Positions 11,478 to 21,866 of a stretch of DNA of 64,000 nucleotides are shown here, piece after piece; positions within the stretch are counted from its first letter, which is position 1, and the number at the start of each line of letters is the position of its first letter. The position numbers and the translations under genes are program-made. The stretch lies in contig OZ251225.1 of NCBI GenBank assembly GCA_965240325.2, positions 372,001 through 436,000 on the forward strand, in the 5' to 3' direction. This DNA comes from Rebecca billardiae RCC1528 (taxonomy: Eukaryota; Protista; Haptophyta). Under the pieces are notes generated by a model that did no database searches, had not been told where the DNA came from, and saw nothing but the letters and a program-made list of their open reading frames with translations.

Positions 11478-12080
11478 ATGGTGTCCGTCGAGGAGGGCAA
11501 GCGCGCGGCCGAGGCGCATGATCGCTTCAACCTGGTTGCCATCACCCCCTTGGCCCTGCTCACTGTCGCCAGCTTTGCGACAGGATCGCGGCAAGTGGAC
11601 GTTTTGCTTACGAACGCCACGCTGGCGTACATCTGCATCGACACCGTGTACAACCTCGCGATGCCAGCGTGCCAGCCGTCGGCGTTTCGGCTGGCCTCGA
11701 TCACCGTTCACCACCTCTTCACATTCTGGCTCACGCTGCACCCCGTGCTGCACCATGAGAACAGCGACATGACGGCCCTCTGCACGGTCGTCGAGATCAA
11801 CACCTTGATCCTCACCGTCAATCGGCAGCTCAAGTGGAAATCGCTCACGGTGGCGTTCTACGCCACGTGGGTGGCGATGCGGCTGGTATGGTACCCGTAC
11901 CTCATCCACGTGTTGAACACGCGCATCCGCACGTGGGGCGCGGCGTGGGGTGACTACTATCACGTGCAAGTGGTTGCATCCGTCATCGTGCTGTGTGCTC
12001 TCAACGTCATGTGGACAGTAGAGGTCGTCGCGGGCATGATGAAGAAGAAAAAGGCCAAGCCGGCGGCCAAAACTCACTGA
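11478..12080 (+). CDS. TLC (TRAM/LAG1/CLN8) domain membrane protein
   Basis: TVHHLFT, VVEINTLIL, FYATWVAMRLVWYP and LNVMWT motifs; Lys-rich C-terminal tail. Confidence 0.85.
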   Translation: MVSVEEGKRAAEAHDRFNLVAITPLALLTVASFATGSRQVDVLLTNATLAYICIDTVYNLAMPACQPSAFRLASITVHHLFTFWLTLHPVLHHENSDMTALCTVVEINTLILTVNRQLKWKSLTVAFYATWVAMRLVWYPYLIHVLNTRIRTWGAAWGDYYHVQVVASVIVLCALNVMWTVEVVAGMMKKKKAKPAAKTH

Positions 12081-12120
12081 GAGCGACGTCTGCTTGGATC
12101 ATCGTTGCCCGCATGCCAGC

Positions 12121-12390
12121 CCGCGTTGACACCGCGATTTGCCACCGTCCGGGTGCTGGGCGCGGCGGCGGCCGCGGCCGGCGGGCAGCGTGGACTACGA
12201 GAGTCTATACGGCGGACGTTATTCGTCGTCGGAAGACGGAAGTCCGCGTTGACACCGCGATTTGCCACCGTCGGGGTGCTGGGCGCGGCGCGGCCGCGGC
12301 CGGCGGGCAGCGTGTCGCGGCGACTACGAGAGTCTGCTATAGACGGTGGATGACTGTTCGACGAAGTTACTCGTCGTCGCGGAAGACCGA
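12121..12390. repeat. Degenerate tandem duplication (unit about 123 bp)
   Basis: CCGCGTTGACACCGCGATTTGCCACCGTC... starts at both 12121 and 12244. Confidence 0.85.
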
Positions 12391-12818
12391 GACGGCGGTC
12401 AGAAGTCTCAGTACTGTAGCAGCCGCCATCAACTATCAATAAGCAATAAGCATCAGCAGGCCTCGGAATTCACTCAGTGTCACCATACGAGTAAACACTA
12501 GCTCGGCGGTGATCTAATGCGCTGAGCTACGCATCGGCGCCGATGAGTCATCGCTGTACTAGCGTCGTACGGTCGTACGCCATACAAAATAACAATAATA
12601 AATTAATTATACAATTAATTACGTCAACTGCTATACTAGCAGGCTATAGTCGTCGTCGCGATCTTAATACCGCCTACTGATGTCGATAGACGAGTCGTCA
12701 TCGATGAATGTCGGATGATGGCCATCGGCGGCGGCACGCCGCGCAGTATATTGTCGATCGTTACAGTCGGTGATGACCGCGGTCGCCCGGTCGGTCACTC
12801 TGACAGGACCAGGACCGG

Positions 12819-15800
12819 TCAGGAGCACGCGTGCGAGCACGCGTTGGCGTAGCCCGCACACCCGTGGCGCACGTCGCGCAGCCACCTCACAGGCCAGCCC
12901 TCGAGCTCTGCGGTTTCGCTGCTGCTCGTGTGCTTGCAGTACAGCACCGAGCAGCCAGCGCCGGCGCACCAGTACCACGCGCACCCGAGCGCGCAGCCCA
13001 TCGTTGGGCCGAGGCAGCCGTCCTCCTCATTGAAGTCGAGCGCAAGCTCGCGCACGCCCGAGGAGCGGTCGCACAGGTCGATCGTGTCCCACACGCGCGT
13101 GAAGTCGGACCAGACCATCCAGAAGGTGCCCTCGTCGTCGGCGGGGCGCTTGGCGCCGGCGGGCAGCAGCCGGGCGGCGACGCTCGGGTTGCGCTCCCAC
13201 TCGGCCGAGCGCGCCGACCACTGGCCCGTCCACGGCGAGCGGCCGTGCGGGTTGCGCATGAGCACGAGCTGCAGAGGCACGCCGTTGTCGGCCGTCAGCG
13301 CCGCCATGCGCAGCACGGAGTACGCGTGGCGGGAGATCACGCCCAGGTTGGCGTACGCCTCGGAGCCCGTCGACGCGCCGATCATCGCGCCCTTCCGGTG
13401 GTACTGCAGCAGCAGCGGCCACAGCTCCGCGCCGTCGAACTTCTCGCCGCTGAAGGTGTGCCGCACGGCGCGCACGTCCGCGGCCGTGCCCGCGTTGCTC
13501 ATGTTCAGCCGCTCCCACTCCGGCCCACCGCGCCGGACGAGGGAGAACACGTGGTCGCCCTGCGCCGCGCCGCGCGGTGCGTCCACGCGCGCATCAGCAC
13601 ACGCTCGGCTGGCCTCGGCACAGACCGAGGCCGGCGCGCACGCGCGCGCGCGCGCGCGCGCTCGCGCGCAGCTCACCGTGAGCGCCTGCAGGCCCCAGCC
13701 CGTGTGCCCGCCGTCGAGCGCGGCGTACGAGCCGCAGAGCTTGGCGAACGCCTTCTCGAGCAGCATCACCCACATCTCGTTGCCCCCCGGCTGCGCGTAC
13801 AGCGGCCCGCGCCCGTCGCTCGGCACAAACTCGTCGACCACGACGCGCACCCAGCGGCGCGCGTTGGCGTCAAACAGCCGGACAATGTACTTGCCGCGCG
13901 CGTTCGCCTCGCGCGTGAGGAAGAGGGACTGGATCAGGCCGGGCACCTCGGCGGCGCAGGCGAAGGAGGACATGAGCCAGCAGTCGCCCAGCATGCCCTG
14001 ATCCACGTCCGCCGGGTCCGGCCCCTCGTGGAACAGGCACGCGCGCGTCCACTCCGCGCGCCGGTTCTTGCCCTCGGACGCGAACGGCGCGGCGAGGAGC
14101 GCGAGCTCGGACGCGCGCCGCCACGCGATGGCCTGCGGGTCGACGCCGCCGCGCGCGGAGGAGGTCGAGCCGGACATGCGCTGGCCGAGGCTGGCGGCCG
14201 TCGGCGGGAACTCCGGGTCGCTGAAGCTGAAGAGGCAGCAGTGCGGCCACACGCGCGCGCACGGCGCGCACAGCAGCCTGATCAGCGCCGAGTTGAGCCG
14301 GCGCGCATACGCGCCCACGCACGGCAGCAGGTAGGCGGCGATTGCGTTGTACGGCAGCAGGAGGGGCAGCAGCAGCACGTTGAGCGCGGCGCCGCACTGC
14401 CGGCCCGCGGCGCGGCCGGCGGCGCCGCTCTCGCAGTCGAGCGGCCGCGGCCGCGCGAGCAGCAGCGGGTCGCACGTGCCGGCCGTGGGGCCGCAGCTGT
14501 CGCCCGGCGCGACCGGCGGCGGCGCGGACGAGGGCGGCAGCCCGCGCCGCCGCTGGCCGGGAGCCCTCGTGCGCATCGCGGCGTCCGTGTTGCGCTCGCG
14601 GCCGAGCGCGCAGCCGCGCCCCGCGCACGCCAGCCGGCTCAGCGCGGCGAGCAGCCACACGCCCGCCACGAGCGCGCCCAGCGCGATCGCGCCCGCCCAG
14701 AGCACGTGCGCCCGGTCGAGCGCACACTCGCCAGTGCTCAGCCGCCACGCGCCCGCGGGCGTGGGCGCGCCTGGCAGCACGTGCGAGACTGCGCTGAAGA
14801 GGCCGCGGCTCGCGTCGGAGCGGAGGAGGGTGAGCGTCGCGTTGGACTCGACGCAGCGGTACAGCGGCACGTGCGCGCACGCGCACGCGAAGGGCGACTC
14901 CAGGCGGGGCAGCGCCGTGCGCGGCACCGCCACCGCGCCCGCCTCCGCGCCCGGCGGCGCCGGCACCGCCGACGCGGCGCACAGCGTCGCGACCGCCGAC
15001 ACGTTGAGCGCGTCGCAGCTCTCCTCGCCGAGCACGTCCCCGCAGCTCTGCGCGCACACGCCCGCCGCGCCCGCGCCGCGCATGCTCGAGAACAGCTCGT
15101 ACTGCAGGTTCCACACCACGAGCGAGACGGCGGCGAAGACGCCGCCGAGCGCGGCCGCGGCCGCGCCCTCGCCGCGCTCCGCGGCCACGAGCTCGCGCGC
15201 GTCGCGCCGCGCAGAGTGGAGGCCCGGCGTGGCGTACCAGTCGTCGCGCGCGCCGCGTGCGCGCGTCTTGCCGCGGCGGGCGTACGCGCCGCGCGCGCAG
15301 CACCCCGCGTCCGCGACGCACTGCTTCAGCCGGCTCCACGCGTAGCAGCCGCAGCACACGGCGCACGCGGCGAGCGCGTACGGCCTGCGCTCTGCGCTGA
15401 GCAGCGCGCGCCCCCAGCACACGGCGACCCGGCCGAAGAGGGCGGCCGCGCCGACGAGCACGGCGGAGAGCGCCACGCCCGCCGCGAGGAGCGCCCACTT
15501 CGCCTTCGCCACGAGCGGGTACACGCACGTCGGCGCGCCCTCCTCGTCGAGCGCGTTGCAGCACAGCCCGTGCCGCGCCGCCCCGGCCGCACACAGCACG
15601 AGGTCCGCCCGCTCGATCAGCGAGCAGCCGCGGCTGTCGTCCGAGCGCGCGGCGGCGCACGCCGTGCGCACGGGCTCGGTCGCGCCGCCCGCGCCCGACT
15701 TGTTCACCGCCGCGTCGGCCTGCGAGCCGCACACGTGGTCGATCATGCGCACGAGCGCGCGGGACGAGTGCACTGGGTGGGAGGAGTTGTGCACGGTGCA

Positions 15801-16568
15801 CGCGCCGCGCGGCGCGCACATCGCGTCGAGCGCGCACGCGCCCGCGTCGCCGGTCGTGCGGCGCCAGTCGTCGTCCGCGGGGAGCTCGCAGCCGGCGGAG
15901 TGCATCGTGTACGGGCAGCGCGCCATGCACCCGCTCGAGCAGCAGAAGCGCGTGCTCATCTTCGCGCAGGCGGCCGCGCACACGTCGCACGCGAGGCTCT
16001 GCGGCTGCCTGCGCTGCCCGCGCCCGAGCGGCGCGGGCGCGCGAGCCCCGAGCTGGACCGGGGCGCGCGGGGCGTCTTCGAGCGCGGCGTCCCTCTCCGC
16101 GCCGACGAATCTCGGCGCGGACGCGCCTAGCCGCGGCACTGGCGCGCGCTGCGTGCCATTCTCGCCAGCGGCGGCCGCATCCTCGGTGGCGTCGAGAGGC
16201 GGAGCACTCCGCGTGCCGTTGTCGGCCCCTGCCTCGGCGTCAGGGTCCGCCACGGCATGATCGGCGTCAAGCGTGCTACCAAGCACTGCGCGCTCGGCCG
16301 GAGTCGGCGCCTGCGCGCCCGCGGAGGCCAGCAGGAGTGGAGGCATCGGCGACGGCGGCGACGGCGGCGACGCCTCGCCGCTGCCAGCGTGCGCGTACAC
16401 GTGCGGATCGTATCCCTTTTCGGCGGGGGTGGTGACGACGACGAGGAATGTCACCGTGGCGACGAGAACGGCGACGGCCGTCACGGCGGGGCCGCGCCGG
16501 CGCACGTGCTCCGTGGCCACGAGCTGCTCGTCGAGCTCCGGCTCGTCAGCTGCCGGGGCCGCCGCCAT
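12819..16568 (-). CDS. Membrane-anchored calpain-like cysteine protease (CysPc); in-frame intron 13560-13676
   Basis: QGMLGDCWLMSS (Cys), LLEKAFAKLCGSY, HAYSV (His), LMRNPHG (Asn), WTGQWS and GTFWMVWSDF; several upstream TM segments and Cys-rich regions. Confidence 0.9.
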   Translation of the reverse strand: MAAAPAADEPELDEQLVATEHVRRRGPAVTAVAVLVATVTFLVVVTTPAEKGYDPHVYAHAGSGEASPPSPPSPMPPLLLASAGAQAPTPAERAVLGSTLDADHAVADPDAEAGADNGTRSAPPLDATEDAAAAGENGTQRAPVPRLGASAPRFVGAERDAALEDAPRAPVQLGARAPAPLGRGQRRQPQSLACDVCAAACAKMSTRFCCSSGCMARCPYTMHSAGCELPADDDWRRTTGDAGACALDAMCAPRGACTVHNSSHPVHSSRALVRMIDHVCGSQADAAVNKSGAGGATEPVRTACAAARSDDSRGCSLIERADLVLCAAGAARHGLCCNALDEEGAPTCVYPLVAKAKWALLAAGVALSAVLVGAAALFGRVAVCWGRALLSAERRPYALAACAVCCGCYAWSRLKQCVADAGCCARGAYARRGKTRARGARDDWYATPGLHSARRDARELVAAERGEGAAAAALGGVFAAVSLVVWNLQYELFSSMRGAGAAGVCAQSCGDVLGEESCDALNVSAVATLCAASAVPAPPGAEAGAVAVPRTALPRLESPFACACAHVPLYRCVESNATLTLLRSDASRGLFSAVSHVLPGAPTPAGAWRLSTGECALDRAHVLWAGAIALGALVAGVWLLAALSRLACAGRGCALGRERNTDAAMRTRAPGQRRRGLPPSSAPPPVAPGDSCGPTAGTCDPLLLARPRPLDCESGAAGRAAGRQCGAALNVLLLPLLLPYNAIAAYLLPCVGAYARRLNSALIRLLCAPCARVWPHCCLFSFSDPEFPPTAASLGQRMSGSTSSARGGVDPQAIAWRRASELALLAAPFASEGKNRRAEWTRACLFHEGPDPADVDQGMLGDCWLMSSFACAAEVPGLIQSLFLTREANARGKYIVRLFDANARRWVRVVVDEFVPSDGRGPLYAQPGGNEMWVMLLEKAFAKLCGSYAALDGGHTGWGLQALTVSCARARARARACAPASVCAEASRACADARVDAPRGAAQGDHVFSLVRRGGPEWERLNMSNAGTAADVRAVRHTFSGEKFDGAELWPLLLQYHRKGAMIGASTGSEAYANLGVISRHAYSVLRMAALTADNGVPLQLVLMRNPHGRSPWTGQWSARSAEWERNPSVAARLLPAGAKRPADDEGTFWMVWSDFTRVWDTIDLCDRSSGVRELALDFNEEDGCLGPTMGCALGCAWYWCAGAGCSVLYCKHTSSSETAELEGWPVRWLRDVRHGCAGYANACSHACS

Positions 16569-16876
16569 GAGGAGGCTTTCGAAATGTGAGACAGTTCACG
16601 AGGTCGCTCAGGCCAAGGCTCGGCGGCGGCTTGGCCTGCTGGCCGAGCACGAGTCCCAACCATCACACCTTCAACCTGGCTTCACCGTCGCTCCTGGGCC
16701 TGGCTTCACCGCGCTTGCAAGCAGCCCGCATGAAGCGCGCGCTGGCAGACGTAGCTGCCCGCCTGGAGCCTGGCCCTGTGCCGGACAGTAGTTATGGTAG
16801 TGATGGTTGCCAGACGTGACGGCGCCACGATTGGCAGATGACGAGTATGCAGCTATGATAGGTCAAGTGATGCTGA

Positions 16877-18247
16877 TCAGCTGATGCCAGCTGATGCCAG
16901 CAGCGGTCCAAAGTTCCGGCGCACCCAACTGAGGTCAAACCGAGCGTGCGCGTTCTCGGGATCGAGCCACAAGCACTGTTGCAAGTGCGCGACCGCGTCA
17001 AGCACGCCCGCGTCTTCCTCGCTCCGGGCGCGCTCCTGCCCGTCCACATCGCCGCCTGACGACACTGCCGAGTCGGAGGCCGCAGCGCCATTCCGGGAGC
17101 AAGCCGCGAGCTCGTGCTCGATCGTCGCCGTCTCGTCGGGCTGCTCGGCCGCCACGCGGGCGCGCGGCCCACCCCGCCCAGGCCCGACGTGCAGCGCGAG
17201 GAGTGCGCCGCCGAGGTTGGCGTGGCCGTCGGCGAAGCCTGGCTCCGCCTCGACCGCGCGCCTGTAGCACTCGACTGCGCCCGGCCAGTCGGCACGCTGC
17301 CGCCGCACGTTGCCCAGGTTGAAGGCATAGTCACTCTTGCCAGGCGCGAGTAGCACCGCGCGCGCAAGGGACGCCTCTGCGCCTTCGAGGTCGCCTCGAG
17401 CCTCGAGCGCCACGCCCAGAGCGTTGTGCACGCCGTGGTCCAGCGGCGCGCGCGACGCGCCCAGCGCTGCGCTGAGCAGGTGCGCAGCGCGGTGCTCGGC
17501 CTCGACGTTGAGCAGGTGGAGCAGCCCGCCCTCGTCGGCCGGCGGGAGGTCCACATCCCAATCGACGTCGGCGAGGGCCACCAGGACGTACCGGCAGCCC
17601 GTCGTGACAGGCGCCGCGCCGTGACGGATCGCGCCACCCGCGAAGACGAGCCCCTCGCCTTGCGCGCGCGGGCGCACCGCGTCAGCGCGACCCTCGGCTG
17701 AGGGCGCGCTCTTCCGCCCTTCCGGGTGGAGAAGAGGCAGCTCGAAGCGCGTGCCGCCGCCGGAGAAGTCGTCGGGCTGGCTCAGCGTGATGATGGCGGT
17801 GAATGGCTTCTGGTCGAAGTGCAGTCGCATGCCGGGCTGGCCCACCCCGCCCGTGCTGTTGGCGCAGTATCTCACGACAAGCCAACCACACGATTCGCCA
17901 ATCATGGCTCGCGCCAGCGCGGGGGGCAGTTTCAGCGCTCGCGCGAGCGCCGGCGCAAAGCGCTCATTCTGCACGGTGTCCACGATCGCCGCCAGCTCTG
18001 GCGTGCCGCCGTCAATACGCACCTGCCACTCGTGGTAATCGTCCGACGACGATGGCGCCTCGTGGGCGAGAGAAATCACGCGTGCGCTCTCCTCGGCAGA
18101 CAGCATGGTCGGGACCCGATGGATGCGTGCTTGATTGGGCGCCGAAGCTTCGAGCACATCCACAAGCAGCGTCGCCTCGTCCGCTCTCGACGTTGGCAAC
18201 GACGTGATTGCTGCGAGCAACAGGCACAACCGCGTCGCCGCCGCCAT
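16877..18247 (-). CDS. Secretory-pathway Fe(II)/2-oxoglutarate dioxygenase (PLOD/P4H-like) fused to TPR repeats
   Basis: Signal peptide; HFD...FSGGGTRF...RHGAAPVTTGCRYVLV (HxD...H...R); TPR motifs HNALGVALEARGDLEGA and FNLGNVRRQRADWPGAVECYRRAV. Confidence 0.88.
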   Translation of the reverse strand: MAAATRLCLLLAAITSLPTSRADEATLLVDVLEASAPNQARIHRVPTMLSAEESARVISLAHEAPSSSDDYHEWQVRIDGGTPELAAIVDTVQNERFAPALARALKLPPALARAMIGESCGWLVVRYCANSTGGVGQPGMRLHFDQKPFTAIITLSQPDDFSGGGTRFELPLLHPEGRKSAPSAEGRADAVRPRAQGEGLVFAGGAIRHGAAPVTTGCRYVLVALADVDWDVDLPPADEGGLLHLLNVEAEHRAAHLLSAALGASRAPLDHGVHNALGVALEARGDLEGAEASLARAVLLAPGKSDYAFNLGNVRRQRADWPGAVECYRRAVEAEPGFADGHANLGGALLALHVGPGRGGPRARVAAEQPDETATIEHELAACSRNGAAASDSAVSSGGDVDGQERARSEEDAGVLDAVAHLQQCLWLDPENAHARFDLSWVRRNFGPLLASAGIS

Positions 18248-18324
18248 GATGACCCCGGCCGGGGAGTTGACGGAACTGGATGACCAACGGTGCCCCCAAC
18301 AACCGATGCATCTCGAGCAGTGTC

Positions 18325-18816
18325 ATGGCCGACCAACAGCCGGCAGACCTATCGCCTGCCCAGACGATCCCCACCCCGGCGGACGAGAGCCTTGAGCAGC
18401 ATGGGAAAGCATCCTACTACTACTGGCATTCCCGTGAGCCGGCTCCACGGGTCATGCCCGCCATGATCGATGCCGCGCCGGCGTCCGCGGCCGAACCTGT
18501 GATCAACGTCAAATCCATCCAGACATTTGCTTGGACAGACGATGGTGCCCACGTCAAGGTGTACGTCCCTTTTCCCGGCGCGAAGGCGCTTCCAGCTGAT
18601 GCTATCGCCTGCTCGTTCGAGCGCGACACCGTGCAACTCACGGTGCGCACAGATGGCTCGCGCCATGTGCTTAGGCTGTCGCCTCTCTTCTCGACCATAT
18701 CCCCTGACGAGTGCCGATGGCGGGCCACTGATCAACGAATTACGCTGACGCTGAGCAAAGCCGGCGGGAAGCAGCCCGGCGGGCGGTGGCTTGAGCTTTG
18801 CCGGCGTGGTGCGTAG
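18325..18816 (+). CDS. CS (p23/HSP20-like) domain protein
   Basis: SYYYWH, FAWTDDGAHVKVYVPF, LFSTISPDECRW...ITLTLSK...WLEL; divergent from the oxygenase gene with ATGs under 80 bp apart. Confidence 0.82.
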   Translation: MADQQPADLSPAQTIPTPADESLEQHGKASYYYWHSREPAPRVMPAMIDAAPASAAEPVINVKSIQTFAWTDDGAHVKVYVPFPGAKALPADAIACSFERDTVQLTVRTDGSRHVLRLSPLFSTISPDECRWRATDQRITLTLSKAGGKQPGGRWLELCRRGA

Positions 18817-19184
18817 CGCACAGCGTGCTATGTGCCCGCCTACCGTAGTCGACTTCGACAGGGTGCACTTCGGGCCGGCCGACTGGAAGTGGGCGTGGCA
18901 CGCTGACCACGGCCCACCCGGCCACGGGCTCGGCCTGGCGCTGGCCGTGCCGCGTACGCACGGCCCTACGCGCAGAGCCGAGAGATGAGAGTGACACTGA
19001 CTGACTGAGCGATGACGACTGACTGTCACTAGTCTTTAGTCACTGACACTGACTCAGACTCCGTGTACTACGCAATACAGTGTATATCGGAGTCATTAGC
19101 CAACGCTGGCATGACACTGAGACTGAGTGGCGTGCTCGCGGCGTGCGAGCTCACCTTGTCACTGCTTCGTCAATCGCAATCAGC

Positions 19185-20481
19185 ATGGAGCACCCGGACG
19201 TGCCGCTCGCGCTCTCGCTCAGCGCGGACGCGCCAGGGTACGCGGGCGCCGGGGCGGACGAGCTCGGGCCGATCTGCTGGAAGTGCAAGGGCACGTGCGT
19301 CAAGGCCGCGGCCACCAAGCCCAACCGGCGCGCGCTGAAGCGCGCGGCGGCACAGGACGGTGGTGGCGCGAACGGCGTCGCGGCCACGCCGCCGCCGTGC
19401 TCGGTGTGCGCGGGCAAGGGGCGGCTGCCGCCCAGCCGGAAGCGTCGGAAGCAGCTCACGGCCCCCGCCGTGCCGCCGCGCACCCGCCGCCCCCCCGGCT
19501 GGCTCTCGCGCGGGCCACCGCCCGCCTGCTCACTCGAGGAAACAGGCGCCACGCTTGGGTGAGCGCAGTTGCGGCTGCGCGCGCGCACGCGCTGTGCGTG
19601 CGCGCTCTGGGCCTAAGCGGCGCGCCTCGTGGGCTGGCTGTGTCTCGCGTGCTGGGGTGTTGCATGCCGCGCACGCTCTCCCCACGCCCCCACGCAGCGC
19701 GCGCGCGCACACATGTGCTGCACAGTACACACACACGCACACGCGCGACACATGCACACGCCCGCGCACTCAGGCATTCCACTCATGCACTGTGCCCACG
19801 CACGCACACACTGCCCGCGCACGCAGGCCGTCCGAGCAGCTCTGCGCGCTGGTGGGCGACTGGCGGCTGCTGCAGCGCCGCGCAGGGCACCGCTGGTCCA
19901 CCGACGACCTCGTCACGGCGTGGTGGGCGCTGCGCGCGGCGGATGACGCGGCTGCGGAGGGCGCGAGCGCAGTGGTGACGGGCGCGGCGACGCCTCCCTC
20001 GCCGCCGCGCACGGTACTCGACCTCGGCTGCGGGAACGGCGCGGTGCTGCTCATGCTCGCGCACGCGCTGCCACACGCGCGCTGCGTCGGCGTCGAGGCA
20101 CGCGCTGAGGCGGTCGGCCTCGCGCGCCGCTCCATACGGCACAACACGGGCGGCAGCGGGCTGCCAACCGACGGCACCGCGCCGCCCGGTGGCGCCGGAG
20201 CTGAGCCGAGTGGCGCAGTGCCCGCGCCATCGGGCGCGCCGCCTGCCGCCGGCGCGGGGCGCGTGCGCGTCGTGCGCGCAGACCTGAGGGACGCGGCCGC
20301 GCTGGAGGCGGCGCTGCCGCTCGCGGCGACGGAGGGCCGCGCAGTGCCCTCGCATGGGGGAGGGCACGCCGCGGGCGGCGTGCCTACCAGCCAAGGCGGC
20401 GGCGAATCGGCCGGCGGTGGCGGGCTTGGCAGGCCGGGCGGCGACGCAGCCGCAGCTGAGGGCGCGGCGCCCGGTCTGGCT

Positions 20482-20520
<39 letters not shown>

Positions 20521-21213
20521 TCCGACGCAGATCTCCGGACAGTTGGTGAGGATGCCTGTGTGATGGGTGCAGCAGCAGCTGGGTTCGACGGGTTCGAGCT
20601 GATCACCGGTACGCCGCCCTACTGGCTCGTCAGCGCGGCCACCGAGGCCGAGCCCTCGCCGGAGGCCGGCGCCGACGCCGCCGCCGCCGCCGGCGACGGC
20701 GGCGGCGCCGTCGCGCACGCGCGCGCGGCCCCCGCTGTCGTGCGCACCGCGCCGCGAGAGGGCGTGATCACGAGCAGCATGGAGGACGCGCCGGCGCGGT
20801 GCTGCTTCCGCGGCACCGTCGCGGCGTACTGCGCCGCCGCCGCGCGCTGGCTCTCACCCGCCCGCCACGCGCGCTTCGTCGTCTGCGAGAGCGGCGCACA
20901 TGACGCGCGAGTGCGCGCGGCGGCGGCCGCCGCGGGCCTGCGCGTGTGCGCTGTGCTCGCTGTGCACGGCCGCGAGGGCAAGCCGGCGCTGATCCGCGTG
21001 TACGCGATGCGCCGCGCGCGGGCCGCGTCGGCGGCGCACACCGACGCCGCCGCCGCCGCCGACCGCTCGTCCGACGACGACGAGGCCGGCCCCGGCGGAG
21101 CTGAGCCCGAGGCGGCCGAGGCGGCGGAGACGGTGCTGGCCGTGCGCGACCGCTCGGGTGCGCGCACGGCCGCCTACTGCCGGCTGCTCGAGGACATGGG
21201 CATCCCGCCCTGA
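19185..21213 (+). CDS. Class I SAM methyltransferase, TrmN6/tRNA m6A37-like, with N-terminal CxxCxG zinc-finger; intron 19559-19826
   Basis: CWKCKG...CSVCAGKG; GHRWSTDDLVTAW; VLDLGCGNG (motif I); LITGTPPY (N6-MTase NPPY-type motif IV). Confidence 0.82.
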
Positions 21214-21490
21214 GGGCGGCCGAGCGCGCAAGCCGCGCCGCCTTGAGCCACCGATCGTGCGCTTTGATTCAGCTTTGGGCGGATACGTTGTCGAGTGCCG
21301 CCGACCAGCCGCTGCACAAGCCTTGCGTGCTGCACGGTCCCGGCACCGGGAGCCGCGGTTCCTGAATCCTGTAGTTGGTTCACACCGCCGACACCGTGCT
21401 GACGAACCGAGTAGACTCAGTAGTAGTACGTACCAACCGCACGACGACATGAGCGCCCTGATTCCTGAAGCGATATGATGAATCGGCCGG

Positions 21491-21492
<2 letters not shown>

Positions 21493-21531
<39 letters not shown>
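21493..21531. repeat. (TC)n microsatellite
   Basis: Uninterrupted TC run. Confidence 0.95.
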
Positions 21532-21533
<2 letters not shown>

Positions 21534-21866
21534 TATTGTCGTTTATTTGTTAATGTCAATGACGATGACGACTCTGATGAGTCTGATGAGGTAGTTAGCC
21601 TCAGATCCCATCGGAGCGCGGGAGGTCTGCACCGGGAATCTTCGACGGTCTAGGATCGTTGTGATCGCCTCTGCCGTGCAGCGTGCTCCTGTGATGAGTG
21701 TGATATGACTTGTCGTGCTCTGTGCGGCAGGTGCGCCGCCTCGCTGCTGTGGCCCGCTCGATCTTCGCATATAGCTTGCTGACCGCGCGCACGAAGTGAC
21801 GAACGTTCGTGAACATCCGCGAACTCGGTTCAGAGAGCGCGTGCGGCGCAATGTCTTCGCCACGCG

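Noticed and set aside
13560-13676. ARARARA-type peptide inserts in calpain, BCD1, the channel and the histidine kinase
   Set aside because: They are stop-free GT-AG introns of 3n length (117, 99, 177 and 195 bp) whose removal restores conserved motifs.
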